Assembly (NCBI GenBank): GCA_034530615.2
Contig: JAVRCV020000007.1
Location: forward strand, 32,001-96,000
DNA from: Aulosira sp. ZfuVER01
GTDB lineage: Bacteria > Cyanobacteriota > Cyanobacteriia > Cyanobacteriales > Nostocaceae
Direction: 5' to 3'
DNA length: 64,000 nucleotides
The translations under genes and the position numbers were made by a program. This document shows, piece by piece, positions 49,901 through 59,896 of the stretch. The notes beneath the pieces are model-generated. The model was not told the DNA's origin. It made no database searches and worked only from the letters and a program-made list of their open reading frames with translations. The first letter of the stretch is position 1; every line of letters begins with the position of its first letter.

Positions 49901-50859
49901 ATGCTTCTTTGCTGAACGGCTTGCATCCAAGTTTGGGCAGTTCGTTGCCGATCTTCAGGGTGCAATGCGGCTAACCAACCCCAACCTCTCACTTCTTCTG
50001 GACTTTGCCCTGTGTAAGCTCTCCAGTCTGGCATATCAACTATCTGTCCATCAGGAGCAGTTGTCCAAACCATTTGGGAGGTGGCGACTACCAAAGAACG
50101 ATACCGTTCCTCGCTTTCTCTCAGGGCTGCTTCCGTCTGTTTGCGTTCAGTAATATCAGTGAGCATAGCGATCGCACTCGAAAATTCACCTTGGTTATCC
50201 AAGATGGGACTGGTGGAGACAATTGCCCAGATATCTGCTCCATCTTTGCGGCGTAAACGCAAGTCAAACTGCTGGTTGATCTCTTGAATGCTCTGCCTAT
50301 GTTGCTTAAATAATTGCTCTACTTCAATTTGAGCTTGACTTTCCATAAAGTCAAAAATTGAGCGGCCAATTATCTCTTCTATACTGTAGCCAAGCATTTG
50401 GGCTAAACGCTGATTGACATATTCCGTCTGTCCCTGGCTGTCAAATATCCAGATACCCTCATTGGCTGTTTCTAGTAAACGACGATAGCTTACCTGTAGT
50501 TTTGCTAGTTTTGCCTCCGATACTTGTTTGGAATTACGTAGTTCTGCATTTAACGAACTAATTAATAGTGCTATCGAGCTAAATATCACTAGCTCTAGAG
50601 CATCCGAGCCATTCCTCAGTGTAAAAACGTATATAGGTTGTGTAAAAAAATAATTATTAGCTAAGATTGATAAGAATGTAGCCACCAAGCCTGCGGGGAA
50701 TCCACTGTACCAACTACTAAAGACTACAGCAGCAAAAAAAAGTGAAGAAATGTTTATTTGTAGCAAACGTTCCAGCAATAGACCTACTAGGAGTGCCAGT
50801 AGGACTGACAACATAGAAATACCGTAGCGTTGCATCTGTGAACGCTGGACTCTTAACAT
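46972..50859 (-). CDS. Hybrid sensor histidine kinase: DUF4118-like TM region, multiple PAS/PAC, HisKA, HATPase, receiver
   Basis: HPED/HPDD PAS repeats, SHELRSPL, NLLTNAVKFT, DTGKGI, GGLGLGL, VDDD and SDIAMP. Confidence 0.93.
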   Translation of the reverse strand: MLRVQRSQMQRYGISMLSVLLALLVGLLLERLLQINISSLFFAAVVFSSWYSGFPAGLVATFLSILANNYFFTQPIYVFTLRNGSDALELVIFSSIALLISSLNAELRNSKQVSEAKLAKLQVSYRRLLETANEGIWIFDSQGQTEYVNQRLAQMLGYSIEEIIGRSIFDFMESQAQIEVEQLFKQHRQSIQEINQQFDLRLRRKDGADIWAIVSTSPILDNQGEFSSAIAMLTDITERKQTEAALRESEERYRSLVVATSQMVWTTAPDGQIVDMPDWRAYTGQSPEEVRGWGWLAALHPEDRQRTAQTWMQAVQQRSIYETEYRILGADGIYRDFAARGVPVVTESGSIREWVGVCTDITNKKQIQDTLRQKQERLDLAQAAAKIGSFEWNIQTNINIWSKELEALYGLKPGEFGGSYEEWARWVHPDDLAKAEADVMASLTTGELFTDWRVVWPDGSIHWMHARAKVFYDDAGKPLRMVGINVDISDHKQVEFALQQSEAIAKARAQELETFMETVPAAVWIAHDPYCHQMTVNRAAYELMRLKPGSVLTATPADGQYPFKFKIQKNGQDIPPQELPMQLAGSTGEPVEVECEFVFSDQDVRSIYGKAVPLRDEHGAVRGVIGAFLDVTERKQIENALRENQERLTLALDAASMGSWDWDLQTNRVVWTPYHEMIFGFEPENPQRTYQDWVNGVHPEDLPRVEKKVQTAMAKQQNYEDEYRVIWADGSLHWVSAFGRFQYNQQGQPVRMLGMLFEITDRKQAEAAIRQRELMFRTLADTMPQIFWITQPDGYHEYFNQRWYEYTGKSLEETQGEGWQNIVHPDDVQRTIEIWQNCLRTGKTYDIEYRFLRADGEYRWHLGRAFPLRNQQGQIINWFGSCTDIHDQKLAIEERAQALERERAARIELEKASRMKDDFLAIVSHELRSPLNPILGWSTLLLNSQLTAEKTTQALEIIERNAKLQTQLIDDLLDVSRILRGKLSLNICIVDLVATIEAALETVRLAAEAKSIQIHTQLDPTVGKVKGDPNRLQQVIGNLLTNAVKFTPAGGRVEIQLQQFGSDAHIQVTDTGKGISLGFLPYVFERFRQADDVTTRKFGGLGLGLAIVRHIVELHDGSVQVASPGDGLGATFTVTLPTMKVVSPQNEDKELPNDSPHLQGLRIVAVDDDVDSLDLITFILEQYGVEVTAVASAGEALDAIAKIQPDLLISDIAMPDIDGYTLIRQVRELEASSGDRLPAIALTAFAGEANNQKILASGFQKHISKPVDPDELAIAIEQEVTSLRSEFKIQNSKFK

Positions 50860-51042
50860 ACCGCTTTTAGATGAGATAGACTCCTATTTTACCGTGAGCA
50901 ACTTGCCTGAGTAATATAGCTTTGGTTGGGGTATGAACAACTGAAGTCAACTACTGATATGTAGTGCGATCGCTTTCTAATTTCCACAAGTGTAACGATA
51001 CTATAGACTTAAACTTGATTGCGCTAACGAGGCAGTCTCACC

Positions 51043-51792
51043 ATGCTAGCCAATGCCGCCACCTGTGATATTACCTGGGAAAAATTACCAGATGATTATG
51101 TTTTAGACGATGAGCCAGTGGATAACATTAATCAGCCTCCCCTTGCTGCTGCTCTCACCGAAAGCTTGGAACTGGCTCTGAGATTGCCAGCCAACGCTTT
51201 AACCATCACTAACTATGACATCTGTGCCACTTTAAACCGTCAGTTCGTCATTAAAGCCCCAGATTGGGGATATGTGCCATCTATTCGAGTACCACGAGCC
51301 GAAGTGAAGCGCAGTTATACCCCACGCCTACAAGGGGATATACCAGTAATTGTGATGGAGTTTATCTCGGATACCGAAGGTGGAGAGTATTCGAGTAAAC
51401 CAACCTATCCGCCTGGTAAATGGTTTTATTATGAGCAAGTTTTACAAATACCAAACTATGCCATTTTTGAACCAGATGAGGGAATTTTAGAAGTTTATCA
51501 GCGAGATAACTCAGGACGTTACCAACTGCAATCACCAGATGCAAATCACCGTTACTGGATTGCAGAAATGAACTTGTTTTTAGGTGTCTGGCAAGGAATT
51601 CGAGAAAATCGCACAGGTTATTGGCTGCGTTGGTGGGATGAACAAGGCGAATTATTACTATGGGGAGGAGAGTTAGCGGCTAAAGAAAGACAACAAGCTG
51701 AACAGGAACGCCAACGTGCTGAACAGGAACGTCAGCGTGCCGAAAGGTTGGCAGAGCAGTTAAGAGCTTTGGGAATCGAACCAGAAACTTAA
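51043..51792 (+). CDS. Uma2 family endonuclease-like protein
   Basis: KAPDW, VMEFIS, K...YEQVLQIPNYAIFEP, and ERQRAE coiled-coil tail. Confidence 0.85.
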   Translation: MLANAATCDITWEKLPDDYVLDDEPVDNINQPPLAAALTESLELALRLPANALTITNYDICATLNRQFVIKAPDWGYVPSIRVPRAEVKRSYTPRLQGDIPVIVMEFISDTEGGEYSSKPTYPPGKWFYYEQVLQIPNYAIFEPDEGILEVYQRDNSGRYQLQSPDANHRYWIAEMNLFLGVWQGIRENRTGYWLRWWDEQGELLLWGGELAAKERQQAEQERQRAEQERQRAERLAEQLRALGIEPET

Positions 51793-51973
51793 GCTTGATG
51801 TAATGCGATCGCTAGCTTAATTTGTTATTTGAACAAAGAAGCGATCGCACAAGTAAAATCAGCCAATATTCGTTGAGAATTGGTCAAGAGTCAAGGGTCA
51901 GTATGCAAGGTCATTAATTTCTCCTTGTCCCCTTTGTCCCCCTTCCCTTGCCTTCCTACCCTAATCTCCAGCC

Positions 51974-53473
51974 CTACACCACTACCTTTTCTAAGATCAA
52001 CTTAGCACGCCTCACCTGCTCAGGGATGGGAACAGGGTAATCTCCAGTAAAGCAGGCGGAACAGAAATTATTAGTATCTTCTCCTGTAGCTTCTAACATT
52101 CCCTCCCAACTTAGATAAGCGAGGGTGTCTACTTCCAACTGCTTGGCAATTTCTTCCACTGACTTGGTAGCAGCAATTAGCTGATCTTGGGTATCGGTAT
52201 CAATGCCATAAAAGCAAGGATGAGTAACTGGTGGAGAGGAAATTCGCATATGTACTTCCACTGCACCCGCCTCACGCAAGGTTTTGACTAGTTTCCGGCT
52301 GGTAGTTCCCCGTACAATCGAATCATCTACAATGATCACTCGCTTGCCTGCTAGTACATCTTTCAGGGGGTTGAGTTTCATGCGGATACCTGATTCGCGC
52401 ATCATTTGGGTGGGCTGAATAAAAGTACGCCCAACGTAGCGATTTTTAATCAGTCCTTCACCATAAGAGATACCGGAAGCTTGAGAAAATCCAATGGCGG
52501 CGGGTATACCAGAATCAGGAACACCAAAGACAATATCAGCATCAACCGCAGATTCAGCCGCTAGTTGCCGTCCTAAACGCATCCGGTAACTGTACAAACT
52601 CTCATCATGCATGAGGCTATCAGGACGGGCGAAGTAAATCATCTCGAAGATACACAACTTCTTCTGCGGCTGTTGATGCCAGCGAACGGAAGTTAGACCC
52701 TCTTCGTCAATCCACACCAATTCTCCCGGTTCTACGTCCCGCACGTAATCTGCACCAATGATGTCTAAGCCGCAGGTTTCAGAAGCTAGAACATAACGGT
52801 CTGGATCGCCAGCCAAACTACCAATTACTAATGGACGAATACCATTCGGATCGCGCACACCCATAATGCCAACAGGAGTCCCTATTACTAAACTAAAGGC
52901 TCCTTGGCAGCGATTAAATGCTCGAATGCAACCATCTAGCCAATTTGCACCGGCATTCACTTCTTCTGCGATCGCAAAGGCAATCATTTCTGAGTCTGTC
53001 GTTGTGACTAAGTTGCATTTACTCTTGAGCAACTCTTCACGCAACTGTACTGTATTGACTAAATTGCCATTATGTGCTAAAGCTAATGAACCTAAGCGGC
53101 TTTCAACTACAGCAGGCTGGGCATTAACTTTGCGGCTGGAACCTGTAGTTGAGTAACGAGTATGCCCAATGGCAAGGCTACCTGGTAACTCGGTCAATGT
53201 CGATTCATGAAAGACTTGAGACACCAAGCCCATATCTTTGTGTAGGTGTACTTTTGTACCCTCAAAGGTAGCAATACCAGCTGATTCTTGACCCCGGTGT
53301 TGGAGTGCATACAATCCAAAGTAGGTTAGTTTAGCAACATCTTCTCCGGGCGCATAAACGCCAAAAACACCACAAGCTTCTTCTGGCTTGTCGGGACGAT
53401 TTTCATGACTATTGATTAGGTTGTTTGACTTTTGCGGGTGGTCATCCGGGGTGACGGAATCGTGGGGAATCAT
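51974..53473 (-). CDS. purF: Amidophosphoribosyltransferase
   Basis: EACGVFG, LQHRGQESAG, GHTRYSTTG and VDDSIVRGTT. Confidence 0.97.
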   Translation of the reverse strand: MIPHDSVTPDDHPQKSNNLINSHENRPDKPEEACGVFGVYAPGEDVAKLTYFGLYALQHRGQESAGIATFEGTKVHLHKDMGLVSQVFHESTLTELPGSLAIGHTRYSTTGSSRKVNAQPAVVESRLGSLALAHNGNLVNTVQLREELLKSKCNLVTTTDSEMIAFAIAEEVNAGANWLDGCIRAFNRCQGAFSLVIGTPVGIMGVRDPNGIRPLVIGSLAGDPDRYVLASETCGLDIIGADYVRDVEPGELVWIDEEGLTSVRWHQQPQKKLCIFEMIYFARPDSLMHDESLYSYRMRLGRQLAAESAVDADIVFGVPDSGIPAAIGFSQASGISYGEGLIKNRYVGRTFIQPTQMMRESGIRMKLNPLKDVLAGKRVIIVDDSIVRGTTSRKLVKTLREAGAVEVHMRISSPPVTHPCFYGIDTDTQDQLIAATKSVEEIAKQLEVDTLAYLSWEGMLEATGEDTNNFCSACFTGDYPVPIPEQVRRAKLILEKVVV

Positions 53474-53727
53474 GCTGGCTTTGCTCCTGGTGGTGGTGTC
53501 AAGTCACTGGGATTAGGCGATATCAAATTTGGATTGCTCCTACTGATTAAGATTTCTGGAGAATAATTACAGATTGTAAAGACATAGAACGTTTTTACAA
53601 CCTAAAATCCAAAATTGATATGAGTGGATAGTTACAGTTTTCTTAATAAAACTTTAACCGTCCATTAAAACAGTACCGTAATTATGCTAATTGACGTTAG
53701 CGATTCGCATAGGGGGGATTTTACGAA

Positions 53728-56091
53728 TTAACTGGGGGTAGTAATGTGGATTGCTAAACGTCTAGCGATCGCGTGGGAATAGCGATCCATCATATCGTTG
53801 ATACTAGCGTTTATTAAGATTTGGTTATCAGAGGTTAAGACCCCCAAACCAATCTCTGAATTAGCCACTATACCTAGTTTTTGCCATTTTTGACTGAGAT
53901 GTTCCTGTAAGTAGGATTCCCATATTTCTTGTTTATCCGATCGCACAGACACTAAAATTTGTCCACCACCTTCGCCAAACAGCACTGTATCTAAGCGTGT
54001 TGCTGGTTTTTCCAATGTAATTTGGGCACCAAGATTACCCGCAATGCAAGATTCTGCTACAGCAATAGCTAATCCACCCTCAGCACAATCATGGGCTGAA
54101 CGTATCCAGCCTGAACGAATCCCCTCACGACAAACTTGCTGTACGCGACGTTCCCAGTCAAAATCGACTTTTGGTGGTCTGCCAGCAACAGTACTGTGAA
54201 TTGTCGCCAAATATTCGGATGCGCCCAAACTTCCGTCAGATGTGGGCAGTAAACCCAAAAGATAAATAACATCACCAGCAGCTTGCCAACCTTGACCACA
54301 AATTTTGCTGATATCTGGAATTAATCCCACCATACCGACCACAGGAGTAGGATAGATGGGTTGGGGATTACCTTGAGAATCAAGGGTTTCATTATAAAGA
54401 GAAACATTGCCACCAGTTACAGGCGTAGCTAATTCCTGACAACCTTCTGCCAAACCGCGGCAAGCTTCTGCTAATTGCCAGTAACCAATTGGTTTTTCGG
54501 GACTGCCAAAATTTAAGTTATCTGTCACCGCCAGAGGTTCAGCACCCACACAACTGAGATTGCGTGCTGCTTCTGCCACCACTGCCTTAGCTCCCTCATA
54601 AGGGTCAAGATAGACATAGCGAGGATTGCAATCTACCGTCGCCGCCACTGCCGATTTTAGATTTTGGACTTTGGATTTTAGATTTTGAATTTCTTCCAGT
54701 GGGCGTAAGCGCACTACAGCCGCATCAGCACCACCAGGAAACATGACAGTATTATTTTGCACCTGATGATCGTACTGGCGATATACCCAGCTTTTAGAAG
54801 CAATGGTGGGGGTATCAAGCAAAGTTAACAGAATATCGTTCCAACTTTGCAAACTGCCTTGAATTTCAATACCATCAGTAGTGCAGGCAGGTAAAGAATC
54901 AGCCGTCCATTCCCAAGCTTGGCGAGCATATTCTGGAGGTTCCGCCAACAATTCCCGATGATATAGGGGGGTGTTTTCTGCCAAAGCATCCGCCGGAATT
55001 TCTGCTGCTATTCCACCCTCAAACAGAATCCGCACAATGGGTTCGGAAATTACTGTACCAGCGACAACAGCTTGGAGTCCCCAACGGTGAAAAATATCGA
55101 TTAACTCCTGTTCCCGTCCCTTGTGGGCAACAAACAGCATTCGTTCTTGAGATTCCGAAAGCAGGTATTCATAGGGAACCATGCCCAATTCCCGCACCGG
55201 AATTTTATCTAAATCTAGTTCAATGCCAACACCGCCTTTAGCTGCCATCTCCGATGTCGAACAGGTGATACCGGCAGCACCCATATCTTGGGCGGCGACA
55301 ACTGCGCCTGTTTTAAATGCTTCCAGACACGCTTCAATTAACGATTTTTCTAAAAAAGGATCGCCAACTTGCACAGCGGGACGGTCATCTATAGATTCAT
55401 CACTTAATTCTGCACTAGCAAAACTTGCGCCTCCCATACCATCGCGTCCCGTGGTAGAACCAACATACAACACGGGATTTCCTATCCCCGATGCGCCAGA
55501 TTTAACGATTTCTGGGGTTTCCATCAATCCCAAAGCCATGACATTCACTAAGGGATTTCCAGAATAGGCGGGGTCAAAGTAAACTTCACCACCTACGGTA
55601 GGTACACCAACGCAATTACCATAGTGACTAATACCAGCTACAACGCCTTGGAACAGCCTTTGGGTTTTGGCATCTTCTAGAGAACCAAAACGCAGGGAAT
55701 TTAATAAGGCTATGGGACGCGCACCCATTGTAAAGATATCTCTCAGGATACCTCCTACTCCTGTTGCGGCACCTTGGAAAGGTTCAACTGCTGAGGGGTG
55801 GTTATGGGATTCAATCTTAAAGGCTAGTTGCAGCCCATCGCCTAAATCTACAACACCAGCATTTTCACCAGGCCCAACCAAAATGCGAGGACCTGTCGTG
55901 GGAAACTGTTTGAGTAAAGGGCGAGAATTTTTATAACAACAATGCTCTGACCACATCACCCCAAACATTCCTAGTTCAGCTTTGTTGGGATGTCGCCCTA
56001 ACCGTCGGACAATTTCTTCATATTCTTCTGGCTTCAAACCTTCAGCGGCGATTTCTTTAGGTGAAAAGGGAGAAGAGGATTTGGCGGTCAT
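53728..56091 (-). CDS. purL: Phosphoribosylformylglycinamidine synthase subunit PurL
   Basis: [32 protein letters not shown] and GGNVSLYN. Confidence 0.97.
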   Translation of the reverse strand: MTAKSSSPFSPKEIAAEGLKPEEYEEIVRRLGRHPNKAELGMFGVMWSEHCCYKNSRPLLKQFPTTGPRILVGPGENAGVVDLGDGLQLAFKIESHNHPSAVEPFQGAATGVGGILRDIFTMGARPIALLNSLRFGSLEDAKTQRLFQGVVAGISHYGNCVGVPTVGGEVYFDPAYSGNPLVNVMALGLMETPEIVKSGASGIGNPVLYVGSTTGRDGMGGASFASAELSDESIDDRPAVQVGDPFLEKSLIEACLEAFKTGAVVAAQDMGAAGITCSTSEMAAKGGVGIELDLDKIPVRELGMVPYEYLLSESQERMLFVAHKGREQELIDIFHRWGLQAVVAGTVISEPIVRILFEGGIAAEIPADALAENTPLYHRELLAEPPEYARQAWEWTADSLPACTTDGIEIQGSLQSWNDILLTLLDTPTIASKSWVYRQYDHQVQNNTVMFPGGADAAVVRLRPLEEIQNLKSKVQNLKSAVAATVDCNPRYVYLDPYEGAKAVVAEAARNLSCVGAEPLAVTDNLNFGSPEKPIGYWQLAEACRGLAEGCQELATPVTGGNVSLYNETLDSQGNPQPIYPTPVVGMVGLIPDISKICGQGWQAAGDVIYLLGLLPTSDGSLGASEYLATIHSTVAGRPPKVDFDWERRVQQVCREGIRSGWIRSAHDCAEGGLAIAVAESCIAGNLGAQITLEKPATRLDTVLFGEGGGQILVSVRSDKQEIWESYLQEHLSQKWQKLGIVANSEIGLGVLTSDNQILINASINDMMDRYSHAIARRLAIHITTPS

Positions 56092-56237
56092 GGAAATAAT
56101 GCACCAAAAGGACAGAGCATTATTCTATCGGTTTCTTACCTATTCGGGTTACTGTCCAGTAGCATCAATAATACTGACGCAATACTGGCACAAGCCCCAA
56201 TGCTACATTGATAGCATCTCCAAACCCAGACCATACT

Positions 56238-56435
56238 ATGAATACCATTACAATTAAAATTCCGGATGAGCATTTGCTCAAGTTGCAGCAAAAAGCTAGT
56301 CTTCTTGGTATATCAATAGAAGAATTAGTGTTAATGGGTGTTGAAGAATTGCTCAATCAGCCAGAAACATCGTTTCAAGATGCGATGGACTACGTACTCA
56401 AGAAAAATGCTGAACTTTACAAGCGGCTAGCATAA
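56238..56435 (+). CDS. Antitoxin-like small DNA-binding protein of the doc pair
   Basis: MNTITIKIPDE...KNAELYKRLA; stop overlaps the doc ATG (TAATG). Confidence 0.75.
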   Translation: MNTITIKIPDEHLLKLQQKASLLGISIEELVLMGVEELLNQPETSFQDAMDYVLKKNAELYKRLA

Positions 56436-56840
56436 TGCGCTATCTGACTTTAATAGAGGTGTTAGAACTATAATAATCGCATCATTAAGCAGTCAGGTGG
56501 CTCTGCGGGTATTTGCAATCTCGGCGGATTAGAGTCAGCTTTAGCTCAACCAACTATGACCTTTGGTGGAGAAGAACTTTATCCAACTATAGTTGAAAAG
56601 GCTTCAGCTCTGAGTTTTTCATTAATGAAAAATCATCCTTTCATAGATGGCAACAAACGCATTGGACATGTCGCAATGGAAGTTTTATTGGTTTTGAATG
56701 GTTTTGAGATTAACGCCACAGTGGATCAACAAGAACGGGTAATTTTGCAAGTAGCAGCTGGTAAGTTAGGACGAGATGAATTTACTGAGTGGCTTCGCAG
56801 TCATATCACTCCTAGCCCAGGTTTTGCTGATTCTGCATAA
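56435..56840 (+). pseudogene. doc: Doc/Fic family toxin, frameshifted
   Basis: MRYLTLIEVLEL then TAA at 56471; removing one base gives NRIIKQSGGSAGICNLGGLESALAQPTMTFGG...HPFIDGNKRIG. Confidence 0.85.
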
Positions 56841-56944
56841 TTACAGTCAAAGCTAGCTATTTTTCTTCAGTTTTTATAGATAGGATATGCACAACTAAAG
56901 TCTGTAAGTATCTCTTTGCAATCTTAAGACCACAGTATCCACCT

Positions 56945-57682
56945 TCATGGCTGCTTCCTGTTAGTTGATTTTAGCAAAACTCTCGCTTGCTTTCTCCGCC
57001 GCAGAAATACCAAGCCAGCACCCGCGATCGCTAATCCAGCTAAAGGCGAAGACTCAGGAACTGTTTCTATCCGCTGAAACTGAACGGGGGTATTAACCAG
57101 CAATTGACCACTGCTACTAAAAATTTGGTCTAATGATTCGATAGTGTTGGCTTCAATTGAGACATTAGATACCACCTTACCGCCAGTACTTGTAGGACAA
57201 CCTATAGGTGCATTATTACCAACATAGCGATTCTGCTCATAGGTCAGATCGAGACTACAAACAGCAGCCGCAAGATTATTCTGGCTAATAATTCTCTCTG
57301 ATACAGGGCGATCGCAAAGTCCTATTAAACTGCTTGAGTTGATAAAGCTACGAATGCCCAAGTTTACAGCACCACTACCTAATCCGAATGAATAAAAGCG
57401 TACTCGGCCAAAACCTGCGCTATTCTGTTCTAAATAAACATTTTGGGTTGTATCTGTTCCCGTAGCACCATCTAGCTGCACCTGACAATTATTCATAGTA
57501 ATGAATGGCACTGAAGGATTGCTGGCTACTTGGGTAACATTATTAAATCTGCCTGTAAACCACTGTACTACTTCTTGAATCTGTGCTGAGAGAGGCTGTA
57601 CTTCAGCAGCACGACTCTGTTGGGGAAAAACAAAGCCAGCCACTAAAAAGGTTAATGTGTAGGCTTTTACTCGATTCATCAT
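56945..57682 (-). CDS. Secreted CpcT/CpeT-like protein with PEP-CTERM-type sorting signal
   Basis: Signal peptide; WFTGRFNN..Q, VYLEQ and RVRFY lyase-like motifs; VPESS-TM-RRRK tail. Confidence 0.65.
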   Translation of the reverse strand: MMNRVKAYTLTFLVAGFVFPQQSRAAEVQPLSAQIQEVVQWFTGRFNNVTQVASNPSVPFITMNNCQVQLDGATGTDTTQNVYLEQNSAGFGRVRFYSFGLGSGAVNLGIRSFINSSSLIGLCDRPVSERIISQNNLAAAVCSLDLTYEQNRYVGNNAPIGCPTSTGGKVVSNVSIEANTIESLDQIFSSSGQLLVNTPVQFQRIETVPESSPLAGLAIAGAGLVFLRRRKQARVLLKSTNRKQP

Positions 57683-58012
57683 CGATTTAGAACTTCATTA
57701 ACATTACTAATGTTTAAATGAAGAAGATATTAAAGGTATCTAAAATCAAAATCTACTGCTCAACGTTAGATGTATCCATCAGCAAACTCTCCTATAATTA
57801 ACTCTAAGTCTGCTTTTGCTCTTGGGCAAATCAAATTTTTTAGTCACTAACTCTGCTAATTTTCAAATCCCATTAGCGGAAAGTTGAGAGAAATTAATGT
57901 GCGATCGCTGTGGAAACACTACCAATCGCACTTAAATTCTATATTTAATTCTACTTTATGAGTATATGCCTCTTAATGCACTCTTTCTCGGTAAAGCAAT
58001 TGTGTTGCTTTA

Positions 58013-58669
58013 TTAACCACCAACTTGTAGATTCTTGAGGATCAAATCGGCTCTGGGTGGAAATCCGTCCCCGTATTCTACTGGGTAATGTGTAATTACA
58101 TAGAAAACTTTGCCTTTTTGTTGACCAATGTAAACATTTCCTACTATGTTTTTGCTTTGACTGAAAACAATCTTTTCTTTTGCCCAAGCATAGGGAACTT
58201 TTTTAGTCCGGTCAACAACCCGCCATTTATTGGATGCAATTAAACCATTCTTACCATTTACAAAGCTTTTTAACTGGTCTAAAGTTTTGATACTATTCAG
58301 GAAGGCAACGTGAACGTAAGCATTTTCATTTTTGTTGCCTCCGAAATTAGCAATAAACCTCACTCCTGTTCCTTCTCCAGAACTACCTCCTTCAGCAAGA
58401 AAGTCCTTTTCAGGAAAGTAAGTAGTAAATAAATTGCTGTATTGGTCATAGAGTCTGAGAGTAACCGGAACTTTTTCCCCTTCCACACTAATAGTGGCAG
58501 TTTTGGTAGCTGGTCTATTGGTTGTTGAGTTATAACTGGTTTGGATGGCTGTAGGTGTAGCTGTAGCACTATTACTTTGAGACAGTTGAGAATGGACTGC
58601 TGGGGCGCAACCCAAGGATGTGGTCAATAGAATTGCCCCAGTCATGAGATTTACAGGATGAAGATGCAT
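58013..58669 (-). CDS. Hypothetical exported protein/lipoprotein
   Basis: Hydrophobic leader with SLGC, Thr/Ser linker, SSGEGTGVRF and YPVEYGDGF..R. Confidence 0.7.
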   Translation of the reverse strand: MHLHPVNLMTGAILLTTSLGCAPAVHSQLSQSNSATATPTAIQTSYNSTTNRPATKTATISVEGEKVPVTLRLYDQYSNLFTTYFPEKDFLAEGGSSGEGTGVRFIANFGGNKNENAYVHVAFLNSIKTLDQLKSFVNGKNGLIASNKWRVVDRTKKVPYAWAKEKIVFSQSKNIVGNVYIGQQKGKVFYVITHYPVEYGDGFPPRADLILKNLQVGG

Positions 58670-58709
58670 GTCACCGAAGACAGATTGGTATTAACAGATA
58701 ATTAGACTT

Positions 58710-58725
58710 TGTAGCTTAAGTTACA
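58710..58725. promoter_or_regulatory. NtcA-type box TGTA-N8-TACA
   Basis: TGTAGCTTAAGTTACA. Confidence 0.5.
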
Positions 58726-58917
58726 GTTCCACCATTTATGATGTAGTTTTTTCTCCTAATAGCAAGAAATTCCTTTGGTAGATACAGTTGGGCTGTGACC
58801 ATCCAGTGATAACAATCACAGATGCTCATGATTAAGATCGTCTCTGTACAAGTGCCAACCTGCCATAATGCCTCATAACTGAACTCTAGCCGAGTCATTA
58901 ATAGGGAACACAATAAT

Positions 58918-58960
58918 TGCCGACAGTCTTTTATCAAGGGCTGTCGGCTTTTTGTTTTTA
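58918..58960 (+). terminator. Rho-independent terminator on + strand with no annotated + gene upstream
   Basis: GCCGACAGTC-TTTTATCAAG-GGCTGTCGGC-TTTTTGTTTTT. Confidence 0.75.
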
Positions 58961-59175
58961 GTCCAGAGTCAATAGACCAATAGCTTTTGACCAATGACCA
59001 ACCATAAAATTTCCCCACACATGGTTGATAACTTGACATGGAGTTGCCAGAGCCACAACCAGTTGTGGGGAGAGTTATGATCAAATTAGAAATGTTATGG
59101 ATTTTGAGTGCTGAAATTTAGCACTCACTACTAGTGAACCAAAAGTCCACTACTCAAACCAGTACACACTTTGTA

Positions 59176-59661
59176 TCAAGACATTGCCTGAATAATGTAA
59201 TCAAAGTATGGTGCTGTCTCAGCAGCGTCTTCTGCACTAAGTAAGTCAAGGGAGGCTTTTTTCAGGGAATTGATAGCTTCTACCATTCCAGGTACGGGAA
59301 CGCCTAGTGAATTGTACATTTCCCGCACACCAATCAAACCAATTTTTTCAATTGGCTCTTTGTCGCCAGCAAGTACGCCATAGGTAATCAGGCGCAAATA
59401 CCAGCCAAAGTCACGAATACAGAGAGCACGCTGACGTTCGCCGTAAGCGTTTCCACCAGGGGAGATGAAGTCAGGGCGCTTCTGCCACAATTGTTTGGTT
59501 GCTTCCTGAACAATCTTTTTTTCGTTCTCAGCTAGGGTGCTAGCAATCCGTGTCCGCTTTGCACCGGTTTGCAAAAAAGCTTGGATGCTTTTTAGTTCAC
59601 CACTGCTGGGATAACGCAGTTCATCGTCGGCTTTGAGAATAACTTGGCTAATTACAGTCAT
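59176..59661 (-). CDS. apcD: Allophycocyanin-B alpha subunit
   Basis: [40 protein letters not shown] and [10 protein letters not shown]. Confidence 0.96.
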   Translation of the reverse strand: MTVISQVILKADDELRYPSSGELKSIQAFLQTGAKRTRIASTLAENEKKIVQEATKQLWQKRPDFISPGGNAYGERQRALCIRDFGWYLRLITYGVLAGDKEPIEKIGLIGVREMYNSLGVPVPGMVEAINSLKKASLDLLSAEDAAETAPYFDYIIQAMS

Positions 59662-59759
59662 GATTATGGCAATCACGCGAAATATTATTTGCTAGTTTAA
59701 CGAGTCTGAGGTACACAAGTGAAGGGCTAGAAGTTGGGATGTATTGAAATGACACTTTT

Positions 59760-59896
59760 GGGGAGTGGAGATGAGGGGGATGAGGAGACAAGGGAGTGTG
59801 GGGAGTGTGGGAGTGTGGGGCGAAAGGGGACAAGGGAGAAACAAATTATAACTTTTGACTCTTGACTAATGACCAATGACTAATGACAAATGACTA
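59760..59896. repeat. Short tandem repeats (GGGAGTGTG, TGACYAA)
   Basis: Tandem units between apcD and rlmD. Confidence 0.75.

Noticed and set aside
53474..53727. Purine riboswitch between purL and purF
   Set aside because: Only a weak AT-rich inverted repeat (TTGTAAA/TTTACAA) and heptamer remnants; no riboswitch consensus
58716..59084. 122-aa minus-strand ORF
   Set aside because: Crosses hairpins, a terminator and repeats, with atypical Cys/Trp-rich composition
27560..59896. Tandem repeat tracts as a CRISPR array
   Set aside because: Units are 7-9 bp with no unique spacers and there are no cas genes; they are ordinary Nostoc short tandem repeats
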